In this document: piece after piece, positions 11,478-21,248 of the stretch
Position numbering within the stretch: the first letter of the stretch is position 1
Layout: each line of letters begins with the position of its first letter
Origin: an uncultured Aquimarina sp.
GTDB taxonomy: Bacteria > Bacteroidota > Bacteroidia > Flavobacteriales > Flavobacteriaceae
Direction of reading: 5' to 3'
DNA: 64,000 nt
Assembly: GCA_947503135.1 (NCBI GenBank)
Contig: CANNCQ010000002.1
Span: forward strand, 8,643 to 72,642
Program-made: the position numbers and the translations under genes
The notes under the pieces: generated by a model
What the model was told of the DNA's origin: nothing
Databases searched by the model: none
What the model saw: the letters and a program-made list of their open reading frames with translations, nothing else

Positions 11478-12548
11478 ATGTTATTAAAGACGGAATTGAT
11501 GGTGCCTGAAACCGCTAAATCAGTGATTATTGGTGGAGCAGGATTAATTATAGTGTATTACATTATTTTTTTTATTCTAAAAAAAATAGGAAGCAACCCC
11601 AAGTATATTTTACCCCTAAGTTTTGCCCGTAGAATAAGAGTGCCTTTACTGTTGTTTTTGGTATTTATATTTACGTACAGCATGGGGTTATCGCTTGATT
11701 CGATTACTAATACCAAACAATACATATTTAGAAAAGTAGGAAGCTTAGGGATTATTTTCACCGTTAGCTGGATGTTGATTGTTGTAATGAAAGCTATAAA
11801 AAATAGGATTATTAATAAATATGATATTACACAATCAGATAACTTAAAGGCGCGAAAGATATATACTCAGTTTAATATTTTAGAGAATATAATCACATTT
11901 ATTATAGTACTATTTGGAATAGGTATTGCTTTAATGAGTTTTGATAATATTAGACAAGTAGGGGTAAGTATGTTGACTTCAGCAGGTATTGCAGGTATTA
12001 TTATAGGTTTTGCAGCTCAGAAAGCACTTGCTACTTTGTTGGCGGGTATTCAGATTGCATTTACGCAACCTATACGGTTAGACGATGTAGTGATTGTGGA
12101 AGGAGAGTGGGGCGTTATTGAAGAAATTAATTTGACTTATGTGGTAGTAAATATTTGGGATAAGCGCCGATTAGTAGTGCCTACTACTTATTTTATAGAA
12201 AAACCTTTTCAAAACTGGACTAAAAATTCGTCAGACTTAATGGGTACGGTTTTTATTTATACCGATTATAATTTTCCGGCAGAAGCATTACGTACAGAAC
12301 TGACTAATATATTAGAAAATACTTCTCTTTGGGATGGTAAAGTAAATGTACTTCAAGTAACGGATACTAAAAAAGATTGGGTAGAATTACGAGCTTTGGT
12401 AAGTGCTAAAGATTCCCCAACTGCTTGGGATTTGCGAGTACACGTTAGAGAAAAGCTAATTGCATTTATGCAAAAGAATTACCCAGAAAATTTACCATTT
12501 AATAGGGTGAGCCTAGAGTCTGAGTCTATAGTTAAAAGAAATTCTTAA
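11478..12548 (+). CDS. Small-conductance mechanosensitive channel (MscS family)
   Basis: Several TM helices, SAGIAGIIIGFAAQ, QPIRLDDVVIVEGEWG and PFQNWT; ATG at 11478. Confidence 0.88.
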   Translation: MLLKTELMVPETAKSVIIGGAGLIIVYYIIFFILKKIGSNPKYILPLSFARRIRVPLLLFLVFIFTYSMGLSLDSITNTKQYIFRKVGSLGIIFTVSWMLIVVMKAIKNRIINKYDITQSDNLKARKIYTQFNILENIITFIIVLFGIGIALMSFDNIRQVGVSMLTSAGIAGIIIGFAAQKALATLLAGIQIAFTQPIRLDDVVIVEGEWGVIEEINLTYVVVNIWDKRRLVVPTTYFIEKPFQNWTKNSSDLMGTVFIYTDYNFPAEALRTELTNILENTSLWDGKVNVLQVTDTKKDWVELRALVSAKDSPTAWDLRVHVREKLIAFMQKNYPENLPFNRVSLESESIVKRNS

Positions 12549-12650
12549 AGAAACACTATTTCTGAAAAAGTAAAAAGGCTACTAAGTTTTCTAATATAAA
12601 AAATCAAAAACTCCGTTTTAAATCTAAAGTAAAATAATTGACTTTATATC

Positions 12651-12694
12651 AAAAAAAGGCCTTGTGACTAATTTTAGTAATAAGGCTTTTTTTT
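12651..12694. terminator. Bidirectional intrinsic terminator
   Basis: aaaaaaaggcctt...aaggctttttttt between convergent genes. Confidence 0.7.
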
Positions 12695-13568
12695 ATTTAT
12701 TGGCATGTTTCCAGCGCTTGTGTGTCCATAAATAATATTCTGGTTGTTTTTTTATTTGTTCTTCAAGCATTTTATAATAAGTGCGTATAGCTTCGTATTC
12801 CTTGTTTTCGGATAAATCATCCTGAATTAAAACGACTTCAGCTTCATAATAGCCACGTTTTACTTTCTCAACTTTTAAATAACACACAGCCATATCTAGT
12901 TTTTTAGCTAATACCTCACCACCAATAAAGGCAGGTACATCGTGACCCATAAAAGGGATTTTAAAGTCGTTGTTTGATGAGCTAGGCGATTGATCTCCAA
13001 CTAAACCATATAAAGCAGCTCTTGTTTTTTTACGTTCTTGTTGTATGGCATAGCGCATTACTTTTTTACTAGGAATTATAGTAGCTCCAAAACGAGCTCT
13101 AATTTTTTTGGCAAAATCGTTAAAATGAGGGTTTTTAATAGGCTTAAAAACACCAACTACATCTTGGGTTGTAGTTAGTTGTATGCTATTTCCCCATTCA
13201 TAATTTGCGTAATGTGCAGCGAGTAAAATAACACTCTTGTTATTAGCTTCAAGTTTTCGTAAAGCGTCTAAGTTTTTGAATTTGTATCGTTTCTGTGTTT
13301 CTTTATGAGAAATAGTTATAGATTTTATCATTTCCATAAACATATCGCACATGTGTTTATAGAATTTTTTTCTAATTTCTTTGATCTCGTCAATTGTTTT
13401 TTCAGGGAATGCCAATTTTAAATTGGCTGTAACCACTCGTTTTCTATATTTTACAATGCGGTAAATAATAAAAAAAACAACATCTGAAATAGCATAAAAT
13501 ATCGGCCAAGGCAGTATAGAAATACACCATAATAAGGCATACATTATTTTAAACTTAAGCAACTCCAT
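12693..13568 (-). CDS. Lipid A late acyltransferase (LpxL/HtrB family)
   Basis: HYANYE (HxxxxE), GDQSP and QPEYYLWTHKRWK. Confidence 0.88.
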   Translation of the reverse strand: MELLKFKIMYALLWCISILPWPIFYAISDVVFFIIYRIVKYRKRVVTANLKLAFPEKTIDEIKEIRKKFYKHMCDMFMEMIKSITISHKETQKRYKFKNLDALRKLEANNKSVILLAAHYANYEWGNSIQLTTTQDVVGVFKPIKNPHFNDFAKKIRARFGATIIPSKKVMRYAIQQERKKTRAALYGLVGDQSPSSSNNDFKIPFMGHDVPAFIGGEVLAKKLDMAVCYLKVEKVKRGYYEAEVVLIQDDLSENKEYEAIRTYYKMLEEQIKKQPEYYLWTHKRWKHANK

Positions 13569-13585
13569 TGAATAATTATTTGATG

Positions 13586-13605
13586 CAAATATATAAGTAT
13601 CTTTG
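13586..13605. promoter_or_regulatory. Back-to-back divergent -7 promoter elements for the acyltransferase and the rhomboid gene
   Basis: Minus TATATTTG (13593-13586) and plus TATCTTTG (13598-13605), 4 bp apart. Confidence 0.55.
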
Positions 13606-13623
13606 AATTTAAATATTAATTTA

Positions 13624-14280
13624 ATGGGGAACCTTCCAATTGTTGTTTTAGTAATTATAGGAGTAAATATTTTGTTTTCTTACCAAGGTTTTAATAATGC
13701 TGCACTTTTCGAAAAATATAAATTTCATGTAGGAGGCATAAAGGCAGGAGAAAAAATACGCATGTTCTCATCGGGCTTTCTGCATGGTGATTGGATGCAC
13801 TTACTTTTTAATATGTATTCATTATATATGTTTGCCCCAATTGTTGTTTCTTATTTAGGAACGGTTAATTTTATAATTATATATATTGGGGCATTATTAT
13901 TAGGTAATTTACTGTCGTTTTATTTTCATAAAAATGAATATAATTATTCAGCAATAGGAGCAAGTGGTGCGGTTTCGGGAATTATTTATGCTGCTATATT
14001 ACTGTATCCTGAAATGAGTTTGTATTTCTTTATAATACCTATTCCCATACCAGGATATGTTTTTGGAATTGGATACTTATTATATTCAATTTATGGAATG
14101 AAGAGTAATAGCGATAATATAGGTCACGATGCACATTTTGGAGGAGCGGTAGGGGGTTATATCCTTACGTTGTTAATAATGCCAAGTTTACTTAAAACTA
14201 GTTTTGTAATGGTTGTATTACTTGCTATACCTATTATAGTTCTTTATTTTTTGGTGAAAACAGGTAAGCTTAATGTATAG
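13624..14280 (+). CDS. Rhomboid family intramembrane serine protease
   Basis: HLLFNM, GASGA (catalytic Ser) and AHFGGA (catalytic His). Confidence 0.9.
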   Translation: MGNLPIVVLVIIGVNILFSYQGFNNAALFEKYKFHVGGIKAGEKIRMFSSGFLHGDWMHLLFNMYSLYMFAPIVVSYLGTVNFIIIYIGALLLGNLLSFYFHKNEYNYSAIGASGAVSGIIYAAILLYPEMSLYFFIIPIPIPGYVFGIGYLLYSIYGMKSNSDNIGHDAHFGGAVGGYILTLLIMPSLLKTSFVMVVLLAIPIIVLYFLVKTGKLNV

Positions 14281-14995
14281 GAGTTAGTTTAGGGGTAGGT
14301 CTTTTCCATTTATCGGCAACATCTAAAATATTGTAGTTTAAAGGCGATTTTTGGCGTTCTAATTTATCGTTTTGAAAACTTCTTTCAAGAATATCTTCTA
14401 TTAAATAATCTTCATAAACAGCTACGGGATTAAAAGTTTTCTTTAAAGAGATATTGAATAGACTTGCCGTTTTTTCGTAGAAAAAAGCATTAAAGCCATT
14501 TTTATATTCTTTTATCAAATCAAACATAGTAATTCCTGTTTGTCGATGAATTAATTTAACAAGTATTTGTCCCTCGGTGCGAGTCATTTTTTTCAACTCA
14601 GGAGTAAATTTTTTCTGTAAAAAACGTTGCATTTTACGAACATGCTTTTTTTTATGGCGTTTTTTCCTATAATCTTTTAAATCAGCAACCAAGTTGGTTA
14701 AGGTATCGGCAGCCATTTTAGCATAAGGATATACTTTTCGAGTTTTACGCTTTAGAATTAAATATTTTTTATATTCTAAACTACTGTCAAATTTTAATTT
14801 TTTTAATAAAACAACTTCATCTAGCTCAAAAGCTTTTACAGAGACGGAATCACCTTCCATCATAAATCGAAACTCTTCTTCAGTTTGAGCACTGTTAACC
14901 GAGTCAATTTCTTTTTCGGTAATAGAATCTATTTGTTGTGCATAACTGAAAGTGAACAACGAAAAAATAAAGAAACAATTAAAAAAAACTTTCAT
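14270..14995 (-). CDS. Secreted/periplasmic protein, DUF4294-like
   Basis: Signal peptide; RKVYPYAK and GQILVKLIHRQTG motifs recalled from this Bacteroidota family. Confidence 0.65.
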   Translation of the reverse strand: MKVFFNCFFIFSLFTFSYAQQIDSITEKEIDSVNSAQTEEEFRFMMEGDSVSVKAFELDEVVLLKKLKFDSSLEYKKYLILKRKTRKVYPYAKMAADTLTNLVADLKDYRKKRHKKKHVRKMQRFLQKKFTPELKKMTRTEGQILVKLIHRQTGITMFDLIKEYKNGFNAFFYEKTASLFNISLKKTFNPVAVYEDYLIEDILERSFQNDKLERQKSPLNYNILDVADKWKRPTPKLTPIH

Positions 14996-15109
14996 ATTTA
15001 ATTATAATGATAAAACTATGCCAAATTAACAACTTGGGGTATATTACTACCTAATTTTAAGCATAAAGTTAATAATAGAATTATTAAATTCGTATAAAAT
15101 TGATAAAAC

Positions 15110-16201
15110 ATGGCCAATAAAAGCATATTGAATAAAGAGTCGATGACTTTTTTAGAAAATTACTTAAATAATGCATCACCTACTGGATATGAGTGGGAAG
15201 GACAAAAAATATGGATGGATTATTTAAAACCTTATGTAGATGAATTTATTACCGATACTTACGGAACAGCAGTAGGAGTAATTAATCCTGATGCTGAATT
15301 TAAGGTGGTAATAGAAGGACATGCAGATGAAATTTCTTGGTACGTAAACTATATTACTGACGATGGACAAATTTATGTGATTAGAAATGGAGGGAGTGAC
15401 CACCAAATTGCACCATCAAAACGTGTAAATATTCATACAAAAAAAGGTATAGTTAAAGGTTTGTTTGGTTGGCCAGCAATTCATACCCGAAGAGGAGGTA
15501 CTAAAGAGCAACCACCAAAATTAGATAATATTAGTATTGATGTAGGGTGCAGCACCAAAGACGAAGTGTTGGCTTTAGGGATTCATGTAGGTTGTGTGAT
15601 TACTTACCCAGATGAGTTTATGATACTAAACAAGAATAAGTTTGTGTGTAGGGCTTTAGATAACCGTATGGGAGGATTTATGATTGCTGAAGTAGCGCGT
15701 TTATTAAAAGAAAACAATATAGAGTTACCTTTTGGTTTGTATGTAACTAATTCCGTACAAGAAGAAATAGGTTTGCGCGGTGCTGAAATGATTACACAGC
15801 GTATTAAACCCAATGTTGCTATTGTAACCGATGTGTGTCACGATACAACAACTCCAATGATTGATAAAAAAGCAGAGGGAGATAGTAAAATTGGAGCAGG
15901 ACCCGTAATTTCTTATGCTCCAGCAATACAGCAGAATTTACGCGAACGTATTATTGAAACTGCCGAAACCAAAGAAATTCCATTTCAAAGGCATGCTTCA
16001 AGTAGGGCCACAGGTACGGATACCGATGCTTTTGCTTACAGTAATGGAGGCGTAGCTTCAGCTTTAATTTCATTACCACTTCGTTACATGCATACTACCG
16101 TAGAAATGGTACATCAAGATGATGTTGAAAACGTAATAAAATTAATTTATGAAACGTTGTTAACCATTAAAAATGGCGAAACATTTAGTTATTTTGACTA
16201 A
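15110..16201 (+). CDS. M42 family metallopeptidase
   Basis: GHADEI, ALDNR, QEEIGLRGA, GTDTD and RYMHT metal-ligand motifs. Confidence 0.9.
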   Translation: MANKSILNKESMTFLENYLNNASPTGYEWEGQKIWMDYLKPYVDEFITDTYGTAVGVINPDAEFKVVIEGHADEISWYVNYITDDGQIYVIRNGGSDHQIAPSKRVNIHTKKGIVKGLFGWPAIHTRRGGTKEQPPKLDNISIDVGCSTKDEVLALGIHVGCVITYPDEFMILNKNKFVCRALDNRMGGFMIAEVARLLKENNIELPFGLYVTNSVQEEIGLRGAEMITQRIKPNVAIVTDVCHDTTTPMIDKKAEGDSKIGAGPVISYAPAIQQNLRERIIETAETKEIPFQRHASSRATGTDTDAFAYSNGGVASALISLPLRYMHTTVEMVHQDDVENVIKLIYETLLTIKNGETFSYFD

Positions 16202-16212
16202 TAATTTCAAAA

Positions 16213-16256
16213 AGTGAAGTTTTTTGATTGTAGCATTTTGATCAAAAAACTTCACT
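16213..16256. repeat. Perfect 16-bp inverted repeat with 12-nt loop
   Basis: agtgaagttttttgat (16213-16228) and atcaaaaaacttcact (16241-16256). Confidence 0.85.
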
Positions 16257-16267
16257 ACTTAATATAA

Positions 16268-16807
16268 ATGGAAGAATATATTGATATCCTTACGGAAGAA
16301 GGGGAGCTTACTAATGAGCAAGCATTAAAGTCGACAGCACACCGTTTAGGATTGTGGCATGCAAGCGCTCAAATTTGGATTGTAAATTCTGCAAAACAAG
16401 TTTTATTACAAAAACGAGCTAGCTGTAAAGATTCATACCCTAATTTATGGGATATTTCAGTTGCAGGGCATTTGTCGGCAGGCGATACAGCCAAAGAAGC
16501 AGCGGTTAGAGAAATAAAGGAAGAGATTGGCTTACGAATTAATCAACATGAACTTCATTTATTAAAAAAAATAAAAAAAAGTAAAATTCCTAAAAAAGAT
16601 TTTTTAGATAATGAATATAATTATCTTTTTGTTGTAAAAAAGGATTTCAAAATTACCGATTTAGTATTGCAAAAAGAAGAAGTTGAGGTGGTGAAATGGG
16701 TTGCAATAAATGATTTTGAGTCTCAATTAGTACAAACACCTGAGCTTTTTGTGCCACACGGAAATCAATATTATACATATATTATAAATGAATTAAGGAT
16801 GATATAG
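16268..16807 (+). CDS. NUDIX hydrolase (YfcD/IPP-isomerase-like fold)
   Basis: LLQKR and WDISVAGHLSAGDTAKEAAVREIKEEIG Nudix box. Confidence 0.85.
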   Translation: MEEYIDILTEEGELTNEQALKSTAHRLGLWHASAQIWIVNSAKQVLLQKRASCKDSYPNLWDISVAGHLSAGDTAKEAAVREIKEEIGLRINQHELHLLKKIKKSKIPKKDFLDNEYNYLFVVKKDFKITDLVLQKEEVEVVKWVAINDFESQLVQTPELFVPHGNQYYTYIINELRMI

Positions 16808-16855
16808 TTAAGATTCAATTATATTTATCGATTAAAATAACTCAAAAAAGATACA

Positions 16856-17968
16856 ATGAAAAAAATGATAACTATAGGCCTTATGGCGCTTATGTTTTCT
16901 TGTTCAAAAAAAGAAGGATATAGCGTTTCGGGTGACTTAACAGGTTTTGAATCTAAGGACATGGTTTACATAAATACAGTAAGCGATGCTAACAGGCCTA
17001 TTATAATAGATTCAATACAAATGATTGATGGTAAATTCAGTCTTGATTTACCAACTCCAGCGAGTAAAGATTTTTACTTTTTAAGTTTTGCGAAATCTAC
17101 TAAAGGAAATATATTATTTATTTCAGAAAATAAAGCATTAAAAATTAAAGCGGATATTAATGATTTACGTGGAGCTAAAATTGATGGAGGAGAGGAAAAT
17201 AAAACTTTTGTTAATTTTTTAAATCAAATAAATAAATTAGGAGCCGTAGCGAAGGATATTACGAGAGAAAATAATATAGCGAAACAAAATGCTGATTATC
17301 CAGGTTTACAAAATGCTCAAAAACGTAAAGATTCTTTGGCCACAGCTAGCAAGGAAATGCGTTTAAAAATTTTAGGAGAAACACCCAATACCGTAGCAGC
17401 AATTATGGCTTTAACAGATTTGGTAAGTCAAAAAATGATAAAATCAACTGAAGCTAAGGCATACTATGAGAAATTTACTCCAGAAATGAAAAGTTCTAGA
17501 TTAGGAAGAAATGCAGAAACAGGAATTAGTTCTATCATAGAGACAAGTAATAAAATAGGAGACAAGGTATCTAACTTTACAGCGCCTTCGTTATCGGGTA
17601 AAAAATTAAGTTTGAATGAAAATTTAGGTAAAGTAACAATTTTAGATTTTTGGGCATCTTGGTGTAGGCCTTGTAGAGCAGAAAATCCTAATGTAGTTCG
17701 CATTTATAATAAATATAAAAGTAAAGGTTTAGAGATTATAGGAATATCTTTTGATCAAAAAGCAGAAAAGTGGCAAAAAGCTGTTGAAAATGACGGATTA
17801 ACATGGAAACATGTATCGAATTTAAAAGGTTGGAAAGAACCCTTAGGTAAGCCTTTTGGCGTACGTTCTATACCAACAACATACTTGTTGGATGAAAATG
17901 GGGTAATTATAGCTAAAAACCTTAGAGGGCAAGCGCTGGAAAATAAAATAGCCGAATTATTGAATTAA
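16856..17968 (+). CDS. TlpA-family thiol:disulfide oxidoreductase lipoprotein with DUF4369-like N-terminal domain
   Basis: Lipobox LMFSC; DFWASWCRPC; SIPTTYL. Confidence 0.88.
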   Translation: MKKMITIGLMALMFSCSKKEGYSVSGDLTGFESKDMVYINTVSDANRPIIIDSIQMIDGKFSLDLPTPASKDFYFLSFAKSTKGNILFISENKALKIKADINDLRGAKIDGGEENKTFVNFLNQINKLGAVAKDITRENNIAKQNADYPGLQNAQKRKDSLATASKEMRLKILGETPNTVAAIMALTDLVSQKMIKSTEAKAYYEKFTPEMKSSRLGRNAETGISSIIETSNKIGDKVSNFTAPSLSGKKLSLNENLGKVTILDFWASWCRPCRAENPNVVRIYNKYKSKGLEIIGISFDQKAEKWQKAVENDGLTWKHVSNLKGWKEPLGKPFGVRSIPTTYLLDENGVIIAKNLRGQALENKIAELLN

Positions 17969-17991
17969 TAATGCTAATATAAATACAGTAT

Positions 17992-18026
17992 AAAAAAGGG
18001 TGCTTAAATTTAAGCATCCTTTTTTT
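17992..18026. terminator. Bidirectional intrinsic terminator
   Basis: aaaaaagggtgctta-aatt-taagcatcctttttt between convergent genes. Confidence 0.8.
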
Positions 18027-18540
18027 ATAATTTAATAAACCTAAAAACAGGACCTACAGCTTCACAACTATCAGTATCTCTAGCATAAAATTCATAAGGC
18101 CCATTTTTTAAATTCTTAAAAATATTAGAAGCCTGAAAATCTTTACCATTCAAAGAATATTCGTAATTACCGTCTTCTCGCGTGTAAATTTTAATAGTAT
18201 TATCCTCTTTTTCAACTGAAATTCTGTTTATAGCTGGGCCTTCAGCACCTTTAACATAAAAAGTTTTAATGGCTAAGTAATTTTCATCCTCTTCTTTAGT
18301 AATGGTAACTACGTATTTTCCGGGATCATACACTGTAATTGTTTTTTCATATTCTTCCGTACTCCAATCGTAGTATGAATCTTCCCCATCATCACCATCT
18401 AGTACAAGCTCGTCTCCTAAGCACATGGTAACGGTAATGTAACTATTAGACACGGAACTTTCTATATTACCCGTTTGTGAGAAACACAACCCAAGGCTTC
18501 CCCAATAAATTAAAAAAAAACAGATTACTTTATTTAACAT
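18025..18540 (-). CDS. Small secreted protein with two Ig-like modules of the kind found just before T9SS type-B CTDs; no CTD
   Basis: Signal peptide; YDWST..TITVYDPGKYVVTIT and GNYEYSLNGKDFQASNIFKNLKNGPYEFYARDTDSC motifs. Confidence 0.65.
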   Translation of the reverse strand: MLNKVICFFLIYWGSLGLCFSQTGNIESSVSNSYITVTMCLGDELVLDGDDGEDSYYDWSTEEYEKTITVYDPGKYVVTITKEEDENYLAIKTFYVKGAEGPAINRISVEKEDNTIKIYTREDGNYEYSLNGKDFQASNIFKNLKNGPYEFYARDTDSCEAVGPVFRFIKL

Positions 18541-18561
18541 AAGAGCTTAAAAATACTAAAA

Positions 18562-18996
18562 TTATTGGTTTTGAAAAACCATGAGTTGATGAGGTATTCC
18601 TGTTTTTTGTGAAGCATATGGTTTACCAGTAGGTTTAAAATTATTTTTTAAATAAAAAGGGATTGCCGATATGCGGGCACTTAATTGAATTGTAATAGGA
18701 TCGGAGAGTAAAGCAATTGAGATTAATGTTGATAAAATAGATTTACCTACTCCTTGTTTTTGCTTTTCAACAGCTACAGTCATCTGAGAGATTATAGCTT
18801 TTTCTTTGGTTAATGTAAGTCTTCCTGTACCAATTACTACATTGTTTTCAAGAGCAATTATGTGCTTACTTTGTTTTTCGTAAGCATCATCTATTAATTC
18901 CTGTGCATTAGCATAACCTTCAAAAAACAATTTCTTACGTAGGTTAACTCCCTCTAAATAAAAATTACTATTGAATGCTACACTTATAATTTTCAT
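18562..18996 (-). CDS. GNAT family acetyltransferase (ElaA/YiiD-like)
   Basis: IGTGRL, QKQGVGK acetyl-CoA motif and AIPFYLK. Confidence 0.8.
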   Translation of the reverse strand: MKIISVAFNSNFYLEGVNLRKKLFFEGYANAQELIDDAYEKQSKHIIALENNVVIGTGRLTLTKEKAIISQMTVAVEKQKQGVGKSILSTLISIALLSDPITIQLSARISAIPFYLKNNFKPTGKPYASQKTGIPHQLMVFQNQ

Positions 18997-19005
18997 TGAT
19001 AGGAT

Positions 19006-20361
19006 TTACTTAGGATAAAGCATTTCTGCTTTTTCTTTAATTTGATTCATTACAATTTCGCTATCCCAAAGCGTTTCAATATTATTCATAGCCATAATTT
19101 CGGACATGATTTTTTCCTGCTGTTCTCCTAAACCAAGAGCTTCTGCGTAAGGTTTGTTTGAAAAAGTAACTCTTGAATATAAGGGAACCCATAGTTTAGG
19201 GTAGGCAACAGCAAACTTCTTTTCAATTTTTTTCTGTAAAATAAAAGAAGGATCAGCTGTTTTAGAACTCATTTCCATAAAGTTTCTGTAGGAGAGTTCG
19301 GCAATAGCATCTGCATTAGGCTTACGTTTGTTTTGATAAGTTTCAAAAATAGTTTGCCAATTATCGTCACCTAATTGGTCTATAATTTGGTCTAGTTCAT
19401 AAACATCTTCAAAACCTGCGTTCATACCCTGTCCGTAAAAAGGTACGATAGCGTGGGCGGAATCTCCTACCAATGCTACTTTATCCCAATATGTCCAAGG
19501 AAAACATTTTGTGGTTACCAGTGCGCTTGTAGGATTGTTTTGAAAATCTTCTAAAAGGGTAGGCATTATTGCTAAAGTATCAGGAAAATGAATTTTCCAA
19601 AAATCCGTAATATTTTCAGCTGTTTGAAGCTCTTCAAAAGAGTTTTTACCTTCATGAGGCATAAATAGAGTACAAGTAAAACTTCCATCTAAGTTAGGTA
19701 GCGCAATTAGCATAAATTTACCTCTAGGCCATATATGTAAAGAGTTTTTATTTATTACGTGCTTACCGTCTTTGCTAGCAGGTATGCTTAATTCTTTATA
19801 TCCTGTGTTTAAAAAATCTTGCGAATAATTGAAACGACTTCTACGTTGCATTTTATGTCGTACTCTTGAGAAAGCACCATCACAACCAAATATTAAATCG
19901 AATTGATATTCGTTCCATTTTCCTTTTTCAGTTTCGCCTGTATATATTTTTGCTTCAGGTAAGTTAATATCCCACACTTTTTCTTCGAACCTAAAAATAG
20001 CACCAGCCTCTTCGGCAAGGTCAATCATTTTACGGTTTAATACTCCACGCGAAATAGAATAAATAGCTTCACCATCTTTACCATAATTTTGAGTGTAATC
20101 GTCTTTGTCATTTACATGAATAAAACGTTTATTCATTGCTAGACCAAGGTTTTCTACCTCTTTTTTAATTCCAGCTTTTTCCAAAGCATTCCAACCCCGA
20201 ACGGACATTGCTAAATTAATAGAACGACCACTAAATTTAATTTTTCTAATATCTGGGCGACGATCAAATATAGTAACGTGGTAATTACGTTTACGTAAAT
20301 AAATGGCCAAAAGAGAACCAACAAGTCCGCTTCCAACAATAGCTATATTGGGTTGTTTCAT
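19006..20361 (-). CDS. kmo: Kynurenine 3-monooxygenase
   Basis: GSGLVG FAD motif, GRSINLA, LHIWPRG, DGSFTCTLF and GDSAHAIVPFYGQGMNAGFED. Confidence 0.92.
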   Translation of the reverse strand: MKQPNIAIVGSGLVGSLLAIYLRKRNYHVTIFDRRPDIRKIKFSGRSINLAMSVRGWNALEKAGIKKEVENLGLAMNKRFIHVNDKDDYTQNYGKDGEAIYSISRGVLNRKMIDLAEEAGAIFRFEEKVWDINLPEAKIYTGETEKGKWNEYQFDLIFGCDGAFSRVRHKMQRRSRFNYSQDFLNTGYKELSIPASKDGKHVINKNSLHIWPRGKFMLIALPNLDGSFTCTLFMPHEGKNSFEELQTAENITDFWKIHFPDTLAIMPTLLEDFQNNPTSALVTTKCFPWTYWDKVALVGDSAHAIVPFYGQGMNAGFEDVYELDQIIDQLGDDNWQTIFETYQNKRKPNADAIAELSYRNFMEMSSKTADPSFILQKKIEKKFAVAYPKLWVPLYSRVTFSNKPYAEALGLGEQQEKIMSEIMAMNNIETLWDSEIVMNQIKEKAEMLYPK

Positions 20362-20543
20362 TTTGTGTTTAATGTACTCTTTGCCTAAAAAATCGATTAT
20401 ACTTTAGGTTGAATCGCAAGTTAAGTATAAATTTCAACTTTATTAGGTCTCGTAAATTCCGATTGGATATACTTATCTTAAAATTGTTATAAAAAAAAAT
20501 AGAACCGTATTACACCGCTTACTTTTGAAGTAAATTTTTGAAA

Positions 20544-21188
20544 ATGAAAAAACACCTAACACACGAAGAAATAAATAATTTGGATCGCTTTCCTAAAGTG
20601 AATTTAATGAATAGTGTAACAGGATATAAATCGGCAAACCTTATTGGAACAAAAAATTCCGAAGGGGCAACAAACTTAGCTATTTTCAATTCGGTTTGTC
20701 ACCTAGGTAGTAGCCCGTCTTTAATTCATTTTACGTTGAGACCCCACACAGTAGCTAGGCATACCTACGAAAATATACTAAGCACCAAATATTTTACAGT
20801 TAATCAGGTTCATAGCGGTATTATTAAACAGGCACATTATACGGCGGCTAGCTTTGAAGAAGGCGCTTCGGAATTCGCAGCAGCAGGACTGACCGAAGAG
20901 TATAAAACTAATTTTTACGCTCCATTTGTTCGCGAAAGCGCTATACAACTAGGGTGTGAATACGTAAATACCTATGAAATTAAAGAAAATGGGTGTTTAT
21001 TAGTAATCGGTGCGATTAAACATTTGTATTTTGATGAACATATTCAAGATAGCGATGGTTTTTTAAATTTAGAAAAAGCAGCAACTGTGTGTATTAACGG
21101 TTTGGATGGATATGCTTTACCTAAGCCTTTAGATAGGTTTGAATACGCACGACCTAATGAAGCAGTAAAAAGTAAAATAATTAAATAG
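20544..21188 (+). CDS. Flavin reductase-like protein (DIM6/NTAB family)
   Basis: NLAIFNSV, HTYENI and FTVN motifs. Confidence 0.8.
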   Translation: MKKHLTHEEINNLDRFPKVNLMNSVTGYKSANLIGTKNSEGATNLAIFNSVCHLGSSPSLIHFTLRPHTVARHTYENILSTKYFTVNQVHSGIIKQAHYTAASFEEGASEFAAAGLTEEYKTNFYAPFVRESAIQLGCEYVNTYEIKENGCLLVIGAIKHLYFDEHIQDSDGFLNLEKAATVCINGLDGYALPKPLDRFEYARPNEAVKSKIIK

Positions 21189-21248
21189 TGTACCCCACTA
21201 ACAGGTAAACATTTATATTTGTGTACTTGTATTTTTAAAATCACTTTA

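Noticed and set aside
18532..18560. Exact XerD-arm sequence ATTTAACATAA suggesting a dif site
   Set aside because: It is the ATG-TTA-AAT start of the minus-strand ORF; there is no XerC arm at the required 6-bp spacing, and a similar string occurs at the glgC start.
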